Shown: positions 11,008-20,352 of the stretch, piece by piece
How the letters are laid out: each line of letters begins with the position of its first letter
Position numbering within the stretch: position 1 is the first letter of the stretch
Assembly (NCBI GenBank): GCA_965261545.1
Contig: CBDHDF010000010.1
Location: forward strand, 640,001-704,000
Direction: 5' to 3'
DNA from: Bdellovibrionales bacterium
GTDB lineage: Bacteria > Bdellovibrionota > Bdellovibrionia > Bdellovibrionales > UBA1609
Length of the DNA stretch: 64,000 nt
Notes under the pieces: model-generated
Databases searched by the model: none
What the model was told of the DNA's origin: nothing
The model's input: only the letters and a program-made list of their open reading frames with translations
Translations under genes and position numbers: made by a program

Positions 11008-11790
11008 TTAGCCTTCTTTAAAGAAATTACGACGGGCAATGTTTAAAAAATCAGCGGCAAAGTTGTTAAGGCTCAATTCTTCTTGGCGCACTCGAGTTAA
11101 ATAGTGATTGTAAGCCACTGTGGCTGGAATGGCCGCCGCTAAACCAATGGCAGTTGCCACAAGAGCTTCAGAGATTCCAGGGGCGACAATAGCCAAGCTT
11201 GCCATGTTTGTAGCACCAATTTTCTGAAAGGCCCCCATAATACCCCAGACGGTTCCAAAGAGGCCAATAAATGGGCCTGTGCTTCCCGTTGTGGCAAGAA
11301 GGGAAAGTCGAGACTCCATAGCTGATATCTCTGTGTCTATGGATTTGTGGATGGCACGATTTAAATTGTCCACTCCCGAAAGAAAAGATGTGGAAGAAGA
11401 GCCCCCCGCCTCTTTATTTTCTTCAGCTAAGGGAGATTCGGCCATGGCCTTCATTTCTAAGTAACCGGAGCGAAAAATATGGGCCAAGTTGCTATGGGGA
11501 AACTCCGCAAGACGATTGAAGGTGGAGTCGAGGGACTGTGTGTTCCAGAAAGCTTTATTAAAGGCTTCATTGTCTACAGTGATTTGTTTGAATTGCCTGG
11601 ATTTGGTAAGGGTGATGGCCCAGCACAAAACCGACATAACCACCAATATAAGAAGCGTGAGTTGAACTAAGGGGCTTGCTTGAATAATGGCATTCCAAGC
11701 ATTGATATTCACTGCGGTGGTTGGTGTCGTTACTTCTTGCGACAAGTCCACCTGGGCTGCCATTTGTGCCCAAGTCCAAATTGTGTTCAT
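11008..11790 (-). CDS. tolQ: TolQ (MotA/TolQ/ExbB proton channel)
   Basis: LATTGSTGPFIGLFGTVWGIM, APGISEALVATAIGLAAAIPA. Confidence 0.93.
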   Translation of the reverse strand: MNTIWTWAQMAAQVDLSQEVTTPTTAVNINAWNAIIQASPLVQLTLLILVVMSVLCWAITLTKSRQFKQITVDNEAFNKAFWNTQSLDSTFNRLAEFPHSNLAHIFRSGYLEMKAMAESPLAEENKEAGGSSSTSFLSGVDNLNRAIHKSIDTEISAMESRLSLLATTGSTGPFIGLFGTVWGIMGAFQKIGATNMASLAIVAPGISEALVATAIGLAAAIPATVAYNHYLTRVRQEELSLNNFAADFLNIARRNFFKEG

Positions 11791-11927
11791 GCTGCTCCTC
11801 CCTTTTTGCGGCGGGTCTTGTCATCTCATCGGCGTAAAATAGTTGCTGGCCCAAAGGCTGAGTCAGATGTTGGCCCATCTGTGGGACCTCGATCAACTAT
11901 CTCATATCTCGACTTCTTCCTCTACTT

Positions 11928-12863
11928 CTATTTTCTCTGTTTTTCCCTGCCCCTACTTTTGATGTTGTGTAGGAATTCACTGGGATAAGGGGTCATAACT
12001 CCATGAAATAAAGATTTTTGGGAGGAGTCCCACTGATGGGGAGTTTCAGTGATGGCAATCACTTTTTGTTGGCGACGGAGAGCTTCAAGGTGCATTCTTT
12101 TAGGAAGGGCCTTATGGGAATCTGTTATATCTTGAAAAATAAAGTCCGTTTGAACACCAAAGAGTGTTTCGAGGAAGAGAGAACTCATAATCTGAGATTG
12201 CATGACCCTAGGGGGGTCGGGGAAGTAAAGCCAGTGGGGCTCCTTCTTTTTTAAGAAACGAAGCACTTGGGGGAAGCGACTATGGACGATCACCCTTTTT
12301 TCTGCCCTGGCGTCGTGGATGTTTTTTGATAACTGGCTCAGGGACTTTTCTTCGTAGTGGTGAATATCTAGAAGAAAAGTTATTTTGGGAAAAAGGGAGA
12401 GTGCGGACCTCATGGTGAGAAGCTTGTGAGCTTGGTTTTGGTTGCCTTGTTGAAGTTCTTTTCTAAGGTCATGGAGACTGTGTTGGTGAAGGGCTTTCAC
12501 TTCACCATGGGAGGTGGTCAAAGTGCCACTTCTCCAAAGGACCCACTGGCGGTCTTTGGTGAGCCAAAGGTCAATTTCAGCAATGACTTTAGGGCTTAAT
12601 GTGGTTTCCATTTGCAGGGCGGTTAATCTTTGAAGGGCTATGTAGGAATTGGAGGGTAACTCACCCTCACCAGCCCCTTTGGCAATAAGGTAAAAGGGAT
12701 TTTTTGAGAGAAGAGGGTGATCCAATGCCTGGTGAGATTGCCGAAATCCCAGGTTTCGCAACAGTAGAATGGCAGCCACTCCCCACAATATAACAATTCC
12801 ACTGATGGCGAAGAGGCGAAAAATAGCTTGCTTCATAGGGCAGGTATATATCTTTTTAGGCAA
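11928..12863 (-). CDS. Membrane-anchored glycerophosphodiester phosphodiesterase-like protein (catalytic motif degenerate)
   Basis: N-terminal TM; IAKGAGEGELPSNS in place of IAHRG...PENT; AEIDLWLTKD; GVMTPYP end. Confidence 0.7.
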   Translation of the reverse strand: MPKKIYTCPMKQAIFRLFAISGIVILWGVAAILLLRNLGFRQSHQALDHPLLSKNPFYLIAKGAGEGELPSNSYIALQRLTALQMETTLSPKVIAEIDLWLTKDRQWVLWRSGTLTTSHGEVKALHQHSLHDLRKELQQGNQNQAHKLLTMRSALSLFPKITFLLDIHHYEEKSLSQLSKNIHDARAEKRVIVHSRFPQVLRFLKKKEPHWLYFPDPPRVMQSQIMSSLFLETLFGVQTDFIFQDITDSHKALPKRMHLEALRRQQKVIAITETPHQWDSSQKSLFHGVMTPYPSEFLHNIKSRGREKQRK

Positions 12864-12904
12864 GATGTCTATTTGCGTTCCTATGCCTATTTGCGTTCCT
12901 ATGC

Positions 12905-13987
12905 CTATTTTGCGTTCTTTTGAAATTTGGAGAAGTCTTCACGGCGAAACCATAGAAGGTAGCCCCATATAACCACCAAACTAAAGTATGGAATTCCCAT
13001 GAATAGAGCTGCCGCAATATGAAATAAAACCCCAAAGCCAATCCAGAGAGGAAATAGCTTTTTCTGCCAAATCGCCATGGGGAAGTAAACCTCAAAAGCG
13101 ATGACAGAAGCACTCATAATGGCCACAAGAGCTGGCCAATGGTAAAACAGACTTAGGTCCATAGGAACAAGTTGCTGATTTCCAATCACATACCAAACAG
13201 CGCTGCCCTCCCACCATTGAGGGCCTTTAAGTTTTTCCAAACCTGTCATACCGTAGGAAATGCAGATTTGCACCTGCACCAGGCGCACACCCACAGAAGT
13301 TAGCAAATCTGATTTGTCATAAGTGTCAACTTTGTCATAAACGTCAATTTTTTTGTTACATGCTTTCATTTTGTTACAAGTTTCAACTTTTTTGGAAAAT
13401 CCAAACCATCTCTTCCGAACCCATGTGATAAAGTTGAAGTGAACACCAGTTTTCATGAAGCAAAGAAAAAACAGATAGAAGGTGGCATATAAATCAGCTC
13501 CATAGACAATAAAATGATTTCTTTGTATAAAGCACAAGTGAAAAAAGAATATCACCAATACAAAGAATCTATTGGAAATACCTAGAACTATGAAAAAAAG
13601 GCCCAACAAGAATAACACATGGAGCAAGTAAATAAGGCCATTGGTGCTCGGAAATAAATAAAAAAGGGGCCTATTAAACTCATTGTAGTAAAGTTTTGCC
13701 ACTTCCGTATCAACCATCCCCTCGTTGAAATAAAAAAGCTCTATTTCTAAGAATCTCGTAAAGTACATGACCAAGAGCGTGGCTCCTAGCCCCATTCGAA
13801 ATAAGGACAAAACATAAAGGTCTCTGGGAGCAAACCAAAATTGATTCCATAAATTCCAAATATTCAAGCAGAGTTTCCAAATATTCCAGAGATTCCAAAT
13901 ATTAGTTTTTGAACTATTGGCTTTGGAACTATTGGCTTTTGAGTCTATGTGACCTTCCTTGGGTGAGGTTGTTATCTCTCCGGGCAT
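12905..13987 (-). CDS. HTTM-domain membrane protein (SdpB / vitamin K-dependent carboxylase-like TM domain)
   Basis: LFRMGLG, QRN..IVYGAD, QVQICISYGMTGLEKL.GPQWWEG, FEVYFP, GVLFHIAAALFMGIPYFS. Confidence 0.8.
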   Translation of the reverse strand: MPGEITTSPKEGHIDSKANSSKANSSKTNIWNLWNIWKLCLNIWNLWNQFWFAPRDLYVLSLFRMGLGATLLVMYFTRFLEIELFYFNEGMVDTEVAKLYYNEFNRPLFYLFPSTNGLIYLLHVLFLLGLFFIVLGISNRFFVLVIFFFHLCFIQRNHFIVYGADLYATFYLFFLCFMKTGVHFNFITWVRKRWFGFSKKVETCNKMKACNKKIDVYDKVDTYDKSDLLTSVGVRLVQVQICISYGMTGLEKLKGPQWWEGSAVWYVIGNQQLVPMDLSLFYHWPALVAIMSASVIAFEVYFPMAIWQKKLFPLWIGFGVLFHIAAALFMGIPYFSLVVIWGYLLWFRREDFSKFQKNAK

Positions 13988-14625
13988 GTATATTCCTTGA
14001 GGGGGAAGTCATGGACTTTAGCTAAATGTTCTATTTTCTTATTTTTTATCTGAGCGGCCTCAATGGAGGGGAGTGTCTTAGTTTGGACAAGCACAGATAT
14101 GGAGTGAGCTTTAGGGTGTTTTCGGCACACCCAAGGAATAAAAATATATTTTATTGTTTCCTCACTCAGTGTTGCCGCGACGCTATGGGAAAAACTTCTA
14201 TTGATATTGACTCTTAGCATCCCCTCACTAGATCGAGGTGGCCAGTGGTATTCATGGATTTCCATGTCATCATCGTTGCTACGATGGCCATCGCTGTCAC
14301 CACCATTGCCACCATCACTGTCGCTTCCACCACTATCCCCCTCGCTGTCACTGTGATCGCCTCCAATATCATCACCATTGAATTCTTCATTATTGAAGTG
14401 AACCTCATACTCAATGTATCTTTCACCAGCAGGGTTGGGAGAGAAAAACCTCCAGGTTGTATTAAGGCCCAATGTGCTGGCATAAGAAATCATAAAGTGG
14501 GGAAGGGATCTCGATAAGATGGATCCGGGATTGGAGACAACCACCATGGTTGTGACATGCAAGATAATGAATACAGATAAAAAAAATTTCGCTATGCCCA
14601 CCTTAACACAGTTTTTATTTAACAC
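13972..14625 (-). CDS. HTTM partner protein (SdpA/DUF5819-like)
   Basis: N-terminal TM with His, GLNTTWRFFSPNP motif, overlaps the HTTM gene start. Confidence 0.6.
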   Translation of the reverse strand: MLNKNCVKVGIAKFFLSVFIILHVTTMVVVSNPGSILSRSLPHFMISYASTLGLNTTWRFFSPNPAGERYIEYEVHFNNEEFNGDDIGGDHSDSEGDSGGSDSDGGNGGDSDGHRSNDDDMEIHEYHWPPRSSEGMLRVNINRSFSHSVAATLSEETIKYIFIPWVCRKHPKAHSISVLVQTKTLPSIEAAQIKNKKIEHLAKVHDFPLKEYTCPER

Positions 14626-14697
14626 TGCCGATAACCCCTAACTCACCTTAACACGGACTTATTCTAAAGTAGACACTCTTTCTGAATTTGTTCCACA

Positions 14698-15183
14698 TTA
14701 AAGAGAGGGTGGGGGTGGCTTTTGGGGCTGTGTGTGAGAATTGGTGGAAAGAAATCGAGACTGTTGTTTATCCGTGGGTGGGGGAGGGAGGGGACATGTT
14801 TTTTTTGAATCAAACTTTGAACCAAACCAAGAATATCTATGGCGAGCAATAATGTCGTAAAGACCATCAAGCCAAGTTCGGGGTACAATTTTGAAGATAG
14901 AAAATAGTTTCCATACTCCTCCAATATCCCAAGTGATGGCGAGAAGAGCTTGCGACTTATAAAGAATATGCCCCCTTCTCCAATAGATAATGGAGTCGGG
15001 GTGGTTTTCTATTTTACCGAGAAAGTCTTGGGCCCGTGGGCTTTGAAGGGGGCAAAATTTAAGAATTTCTCTTTTGTCGTAAATAAGTAATTTTTGCACC
15101 CAAAAGCTACAGTATTGACATAGACCATCAAAGAAAACGATATGACGATGAGTAGAGCTGTTATGAGGAGTGTGATTGTTCAT
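14698..15183 (-). CDS. DCC1-like thiol-disulfide oxidoreductase (DUF393)
   Basis: FFDGLCQYC (DxxCxxC), FCPLQS, YDIIARHRYSWFG...CPLP. Confidence 0.9.
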   Translation of the reverse strand: MNNHTPHNSSTHRHIVFFDGLCQYCSFWVQKLLIYDKREILKFCPLQSPRAQDFLGKIENHPDSIIYWRRGHILYKSQALLAITWDIGGVWKLFSIFKIVPRTWLDGLYDIIARHRYSWFGSKFDSKKTCPLPPPPTDKQQSRFLSTNSHTQPQKPPPPSL

Positions 15184-15443
15184 CGCAAGTAAAACTGTGA
15201 CATAATGAAAAAGCTTCGTCCATTGGTAAATGGCTGTGGAGGAACTTAGGTCTTAAATATAACCTTTGATATAGCCTTTGGCCTCGTTCGTACGACCCTT
15301 CTTGAAGCCCTTTCTCATTCCCTTTTCTTCAGCGCACCTTTGTGAGAAATGTGGGCTAGACAGGTCCTTGTTATTTTAATAGTCTTCAGGGGGCATGGAG
15401 AATAGAGCCATGGAGAGAGAAAATAGAGTATGGAGAAATAGAG

Positions 15444-17117
15444 ATGAAAAAATTTATTCCTGCCTCTGGGCAGCCCTCCCTATCTCAAGAGCAGCTTATT
15501 GTTAAGGTGGGTTCAACGGCGACCCCCTCCTATGAGGAGGTGCCCATGGATGTGCTTTTTGTGGGAGCGGGGCCCGCAGGTTTAAGCGGCGCCATTGAGC
15601 TTGCCAAGCTGGTTAAGAATGACCCTGAGCTTGGTGATATCGACATTGGTATTCTCGAAAAAGCTTCTAGTTTGGGGGGGCATTGTCTTTCAGGGGCCGT
15701 GTTCAATCCTGTGGTGATGAGGGAATTGTTTCCCGGTGTGGATGAAAAGGACTTTCCCTTTCGCCAACCTGTGGAAGGAGATGAGGTTTACTTTTTGACC
15801 GAAAACCACAAGCTGAGAATTCCCACCCCTCCCACCATGCACAACAAGGGAAATTATGTGGCCTCCCTTTGTGAAGTTGTGCGCTGGATGGGGGAGAAAG
15901 CAGAAGAACTGGGAGTTCATGTTCTCACTGAGTTTCCTGGGGCATCGCTTCTCACAGAAGGAAATCGAGTCATGGGAGTTCGTACGACACCGATGGGCCT
16001 TCAGCGAGATGGTCGCCCAGGTTCTCGTTACATGCCACCCAACGATATTACGGCTCAAGTGACGGTTTTAACCGAGGGAACCCGTGGGCTTCTCACCCAA
16101 GCCTATTTGAATTGGCAGAAGGTTTGTTCTCCACGCCCCCAGATCTATGCACTGGGTGTGAAGGAACTTTGGGAAACCAAGAAAGTGCCCTACAAGGTCA
16201 CCCATACTCTGAACTGGCCTCTGCCCATGAATGCCTTTGGTGGCAGTTTTATGTATCCCATGGGAGACAACCAGCTTTCTTTGGGTCTTGTGGTGGGGCT
16301 TGATTATAAGGATCACAATCTCGATGTTCACAAAATGTTGCAGCAAATAAAACAACACCCTCTCTTTGCTCCCTATTTAGAGGGAGGCCGAGCGGTGGAG
16401 TGGGGGGCCAAAACCATCCCCGAAGGTGGTCTTGAGGCTCTTCCAGAAAGGCTTCACGGAGATGGACTGTTGATGGCGGGAGATGGCCCAGGCTTTGTCA
16501 ATGTCCCCGCTCTCAAGGGCATTCACTATGCCATGCACACAGGTGTATTGGCTGCAAGGACAATTTATAAGGCTCTTAAGTCCAAGGACACATCGGCTCA
16601 AACACTGAAAGACTTTGATGACCAAGTGAAAAGTAGCTTTGTCTTCCATGATCTTAAAAAAGTTCGCAATATGCGCCATGCTTTTAAATCGGGGTTGATC
16701 TTAGGAGGTATCAAAGCGAGTTTAATGACCCTGACCGAGGGGAATTTTCCCGGAGGAGGGGGCTCTCATTTTTTGGAGGATGGCGCCGAAGAAAAACACT
16801 TTGTTCCTAGGGCCATTTTAGAGAACCCAGGGGTTGCTTTGGAGAACTCTGGTATGAGCAAAGTGGACGCTGTTTATTTATCGGGGAATAAGACTCGGGA
16901 TGATATTCCCTCCCACTTGACGGTGGGGCAGGATATTTCTGAAGAACAGGCAGATCTCTATGTTCACATGTGTCCCGCAGGTGTTTATGAAAAAGATGCT
17001 CAGGGCCACCTTGTGGTGAATGCCCCTAACTGTGTGGATTGCAAGGCCACCGATGTTTTAGGCCCTAGGTGGCAGCCCCGGGAAGGTGGAAGTGGTCCCA
17101 ACTACAGGAGTATGTAG
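15444..17117 (+). CDS. Electron transfer flavoprotein-ubiquinone oxidoreductase
   Basis: VGAGPAGL FAD motif, LSGAV, ALGVKELW, GAKTIPEGG, KGIHYAM, C-terminal CPAGVY...NCVDCK, EGGSGPNY. Confidence 0.93.
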   Translation: MKKFIPASGQPSLSQEQLIVKVGSTATPSYEEVPMDVLFVGAGPAGLSGAIELAKLVKNDPELGDIDIGILEKASSLGGHCLSGAVFNPVVMRELFPGVDEKDFPFRQPVEGDEVYFLTENHKLRIPTPPTMHNKGNYVASLCEVVRWMGEKAEELGVHVLTEFPGASLLTEGNRVMGVRTTPMGLQRDGRPGSRYMPPNDITAQVTVLTEGTRGLLTQAYLNWQKVCSPRPQIYALGVKELWETKKVPYKVTHTLNWPLPMNAFGGSFMYPMGDNQLSLGLVVGLDYKDHNLDVHKMLQQIKQHPLFAPYLEGGRAVEWGAKTIPEGGLEALPERLHGDGLLMAGDGPGFVNVPALKGIHYAMHTGVLAARTIYKALKSKDTSAQTLKDFDDQVKSSFVFHDLKKVRNMRHAFKSGLILGGIKASLMTLTEGNFPGGGGSHFLEDGAEEKHFVPRAILENPGVALENSGMSKVDAVYLSGNKTRDDIPSHLTVGQDISEEQADLYVHMCPAGVYEKDAQGHLVVNAPNCVDCKATDVLGPRWQPREGGSGPNYRSM

Positions 17118-17163
17118 ATTTGGTTTTGAGCAAACACAATCCGTAACTCTTTCAGAAGAATCA

Positions 17164-17397
17164 TCACTCTGAATCATTTCCAATGGCCTCCACGGGGCAC
17201 CCCTCCATGGCCTCAAGACATGCTTCCTCCTCCTCAGGAGTGGTGGGCTGTTTGATAACAAAGGCGTGGCCGTCGTCTTCATCCATGCCAAAGTGTTCTT
17301 CGGCGGTCATCACACAGGCATCACAGGCAATGCACTCACGATCCACATAGTATTTGCCAGAAACATTTTCATCGTACTTTTGTTTTTTGTCAGCCAT
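17164..17397 (-). CDS. Single-cluster ferredoxin
   Basis: CIACDAC...CPVEAI in a 77-aa acidic protein. Confidence 0.9.
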   Translation of the reverse strand: MADKKQKYDENVSGKYYVDRECIACDACVMTAEEHFGMDEDDGHAFVIKQPTTPEEEEACLEAMEGCPVEAIGNDSE

Positions 17398-17481
17398 AGT
17401 TTACCGCTCGCCTTATGTCATAACCAAATCATGATTCTTCACTCCATTTTACTACATCGGCTGTGATTCCTTGTCATCCAA

Positions 17482-19230
17482 ATGATAAAAATGTTAACTT
17501 CCTTATCCATGCACCAAGATTTCATATCCCATGTTCAAAAGCGTCGAACATTTGCCATCATATCTCACCCCGATGCAGGTAAGACAACCATCACGGAGAA
17601 AATTCTTTATGAGGGTGGCGTTATTCGTGAGGCGGGAGAGGTTCGAGGCAAGTCAGGGACAAAAGCTGCCAAGTCCGATTGGATGGCTTTGGAGCAAGAG
17701 CGAGGGGTTTCTGTTACATCAAGTGTCATGCAGTTTGATTATCAGGGATTGAGAGTCAACCTTCTCGACACACCAGGACATAAAGACTTTAGTGAGGATA
17801 CCTATCGCACTCTCATGGCTGCTGATTCAGCAGCCATGCTCATCGATGCAGCCAAAGGGGTGGAGCTTCAAACAAAAAAACTCTATGAGGTATGTCGCCT
17901 CCGTCAAATTCCCATTTTTACCTTTGCCAACAAGATGGATCGTGAGGGCCGTGAACCCATAGAAATCATTGATGATGTGGAAAACACACTCGGAATAAGA
18001 TGCTATCCTGTGACGTGGCCCATTGGCATGGGAGGACGCTTTGTGGGCCTCTATCATCGTCTCAAAAAGCAATTAATCCTTTACACCCGTGGAGAGGAGA
18101 GTCCTCAGGTTGTGCCTGTAGATGGCTGGAAAGATAAAAAAATCATGGACTTTTTGGAAAATGACCTCGCGAGTCAGCTTCAAGAAGACATGGCCCTCCT
18201 TGAAGGTGTTTTAGGGGATTGGAGTAAGGAGGACTTTCTTTGTGGGCAAATCAGTCCCATGACCTTTGGCAGTGCCAAGTTCAGCTGGGGCGTTGATTTA
18301 TTCTTGGAATTATTTGCTCAATATGCTCCTCCCCCCAGCCCTCGCAAGGCTTCCCTCCAGAGAGGGGCGGGGGCTGGAGTTGGAACTGGAAAAATAGGCT
18401 CACCCAGAGGAGTGGATCGAGAAGACATTCAAGTCGACCCATTTGATAAAAGGTTTTCAGGTTTTGTTTTTAAGATCCAGGCCAATATGGACCCAAAGCA
18501 CCGAGATCGAGTTGCCTTTGTCAGGGTTTGCTCTGGGCAATTTGAAAGAGGGATGAAGGTCAAGCACGTGCGCCTCGGGCGTGAACTGCGTCTCTCCTAT
18601 GCCAACCAATTTATGGCTCAAGACCGAGAGACCGTCAATGAGGCTTATGCCGGTGATATTGTGGGCATTATTGACACAGGCTATTTTCAAATTGGTGATA
18701 CGATCACTTCGGGACACTCCCTTTCTTTTGGTGAAATGCCTCGGTTTTCACCAGAGGTTTTTGCCAAACTTCATATTAAGGACCCTTTAAAAAGAAAACA
18801 ATTGGAGAAGGCTTCCCTGCAATTGGCTGAAGAGGGAATGATCCAACTCTTTTATGATTCCGCTTTGGGACGTCAGGACCCTATCCTAGGAGTGGTTGGT
18901 GAGCTTCAGCTGGATGTTCTTTTGCACCGGCTCAATGGTGAGTACAAACTCAATGTCAAATTGGAGAGACAGGTCTACTCTGTGGCTAGATGGGTGACTT
19001 GCAAAGAAAGTCACCAGGAAACTCACAAAGAGAATCACAAGAATCACAAGAATCACAAGAATCACAAGAAAAATAATCAAAGAGTGATCTCCTCTATTCA
19101 AGGAGGAACTCGCCTTCACCATGATATTCACCAAAACCCTGTGGTTCTCCTTGAAAGAGAGTGGGATTTAAAATGGTTATCTAAGGAAAACCCCAACCTA
19201 GATTTTCATTTTACGGCCAAGTCATTCTGA
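17482..19230 (+). CDS. prfC: Peptide chain release factor 3
   Basis: RRTFAIISHPDAGKTT, DTPGHKDFSEDTYR, NKMDR, FKIQANMDPKHRDR. Confidence 0.97.
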   Translation: MIKMLTSLSMHQDFISHVQKRRTFAIISHPDAGKTTITEKILYEGGVIREAGEVRGKSGTKAAKSDWMALEQERGVSVTSSVMQFDYQGLRVNLLDTPGHKDFSEDTYRTLMAADSAAMLIDAAKGVELQTKKLYEVCRLRQIPIFTFANKMDREGREPIEIIDDVENTLGIRCYPVTWPIGMGGRFVGLYHRLKKQLILYTRGEESPQVVPVDGWKDKKIMDFLENDLASQLQEDMALLEGVLGDWSKEDFLCGQISPMTFGSAKFSWGVDLFLELFAQYAPPPSPRKASLQRGAGAGVGTGKIGSPRGVDREDIQVDPFDKRFSGFVFKIQANMDPKHRDRVAFVRVCSGQFERGMKVKHVRLGRELRLSYANQFMAQDRETVNEAYAGDIVGIIDTGYFQIGDTITSGHSLSFGEMPRFSPEVFAKLHIKDPLKRKQLEKASLQLAEEGMIQLFYDSALGRQDPILGVVGELQLDVLLHRLNGEYKLNVKLERQVYSVARWVTCKESHQETHKENHKNHKNHKNHKKNNQRVISSIQGGTRLHHDIHQNPVVLLEREWDLKWLSKENPNLDFHFTAKSF

Positions 19231-19284
19231 CTTAGCACTATTCGGTATTGATTTTATTCCAAAAAAAATGCATAATTTTTACTT

Positions 19285-20313
19285 ATGAAAAAATCCCTCC
19301 CTCCTCTTTGCTTAACCCTTGATAACACTTTTAAAGCATTTTTTAAGCATGACCAGGACTTACTCAAGCCTTTGTTGCAGGATTTTCTTCCTTTGCCACC
19401 CGGTTGTCGGGTGGAACATGTTCAGTTGTTAGATGCCGAGGAAAACTCTTCAGAGGCAAGCAAGCCTTCGGGAAAGACCTTCATCTTGGATATGAAAATT
19501 CGTATTTCTCGCCGATTGTCCAGTGGAGAGTGGGTTGAAAATGAGACTGTGAATGTGGAGATGCAAACCGTCTCCCAAAAAAACTTCACAAATCGCCTTC
19601 TTGCCTATGCTGGACGGGTCTACTCCAATCAAGTGAAAGAAGGAGAAAAGTACGAGAAATTAAGAACTGTTTACTCCCTTGTTTTCAGTACTGTGGACCT
19701 TCCTGAACTACGCACGGACAACAATTATTACCATACATGTAGCATGAGGCAGGATAGACGCCCTCATTTAAGGCTTACCGAGGGCATTCAGTTTGTCATT
19801 GTAGAATTGAACAAATTCATTGGCAGTTTAGACAGCCTTGTTGACCAGCGTGAAGCGTGGTGCTATTTCTTAAAAAAATCGGATGAGTTGGATCAACAAA
19901 CAGGCCAAAAGCTAGCCAAAAAAGGAAGGGATATGGGAAGAGCCGTTAAAAATTTGTGGAATTTGTCTCAAGACGAACTCATGCGAGAGCGCCTTGAATC
20001 TGAAGATAAACAGCGTCGGGATCGTTTGGCACAGATCGACACAGCCCATGAAGAAGGGCTTGAAAAAGGGCTTGAAAAAGGGCTTGAAAAAGGGCGTGAA
20101 CAGGGACGTGAAGAGGGGCGTGAACAGGGACGTGAACAGGGGCGTGAACAGGGGCGTGAACAGGGGCGAAGGGAAGAAAGAGAGACTTTTGTTTTAAAGT
20201 TACTTTCAGAAGGTATAGAAATTTCTGTTATAACTACAGTGACAAAGTTTTCTGAAGCTGAAATCAAGGCTCTCCAAAAAAGTAAAAATTTTAACAAAAT
20301 GACACCTACTTGA
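19285..20313 (+). CDS. Rpn family recombination-promoting nuclease / PD-(D/E)XK putative transposase
   Basis: DNTFKAFF, LDMKI, NVEMQ, RLLAY...Y, IQFVIVELNKF, WCYFLK, C-terminal (EKGL)/(EQGR) repeats then helical tail. Confidence 0.92.
   Translation: MKKSLPPLCLTLDNTFKAFFKHDQDLLKPLLQDFLPLPPGCRVEHVQLLDAEENSSEASKPSGKTFILDMKIRISRRLSSGEWVENETVNVEMQTVSQKNFTNRLLAYAGRVYSNQVKEGEKYEKLRTVYSLVFSTVDLPELRTDNNYYHTCSMRQDRRPHLRLTEGIQFVIVELNKFIGSLDSLVDQREAWCYFLKKSDELDQQTGQKLAKKGRDMGRAVKNLWNLSQDELMRERLESEDKQRRDRLAQIDTAHEEGLEKGLEKGLEKGREQGREEGREQGREQGREQGREQGRREERETFVLKLLSEGIEISVITTVTKFSEAEIKALQKSKNFNKMTPT
20050..20170 (+). repeat. 12-bp tandem repeat in the Rpn C-terminus (EEGL/EKGL/EQGR, about 10 units)
   Basis: gaaaaagggctt and gaacaggggcgt units seen directly. 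Confidence 0.9.
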
Positions 20314-20352
20314 TGGATTTTCCTAAGCCCACTCAAGCAGCCCGGAGGGGCA

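Noticed and set aside
11567..11896. 109-aa ORF upstream of/overlapping tolQ
   Set aside because: Mostly overlaps tolQ in another frame and has no recognisable features
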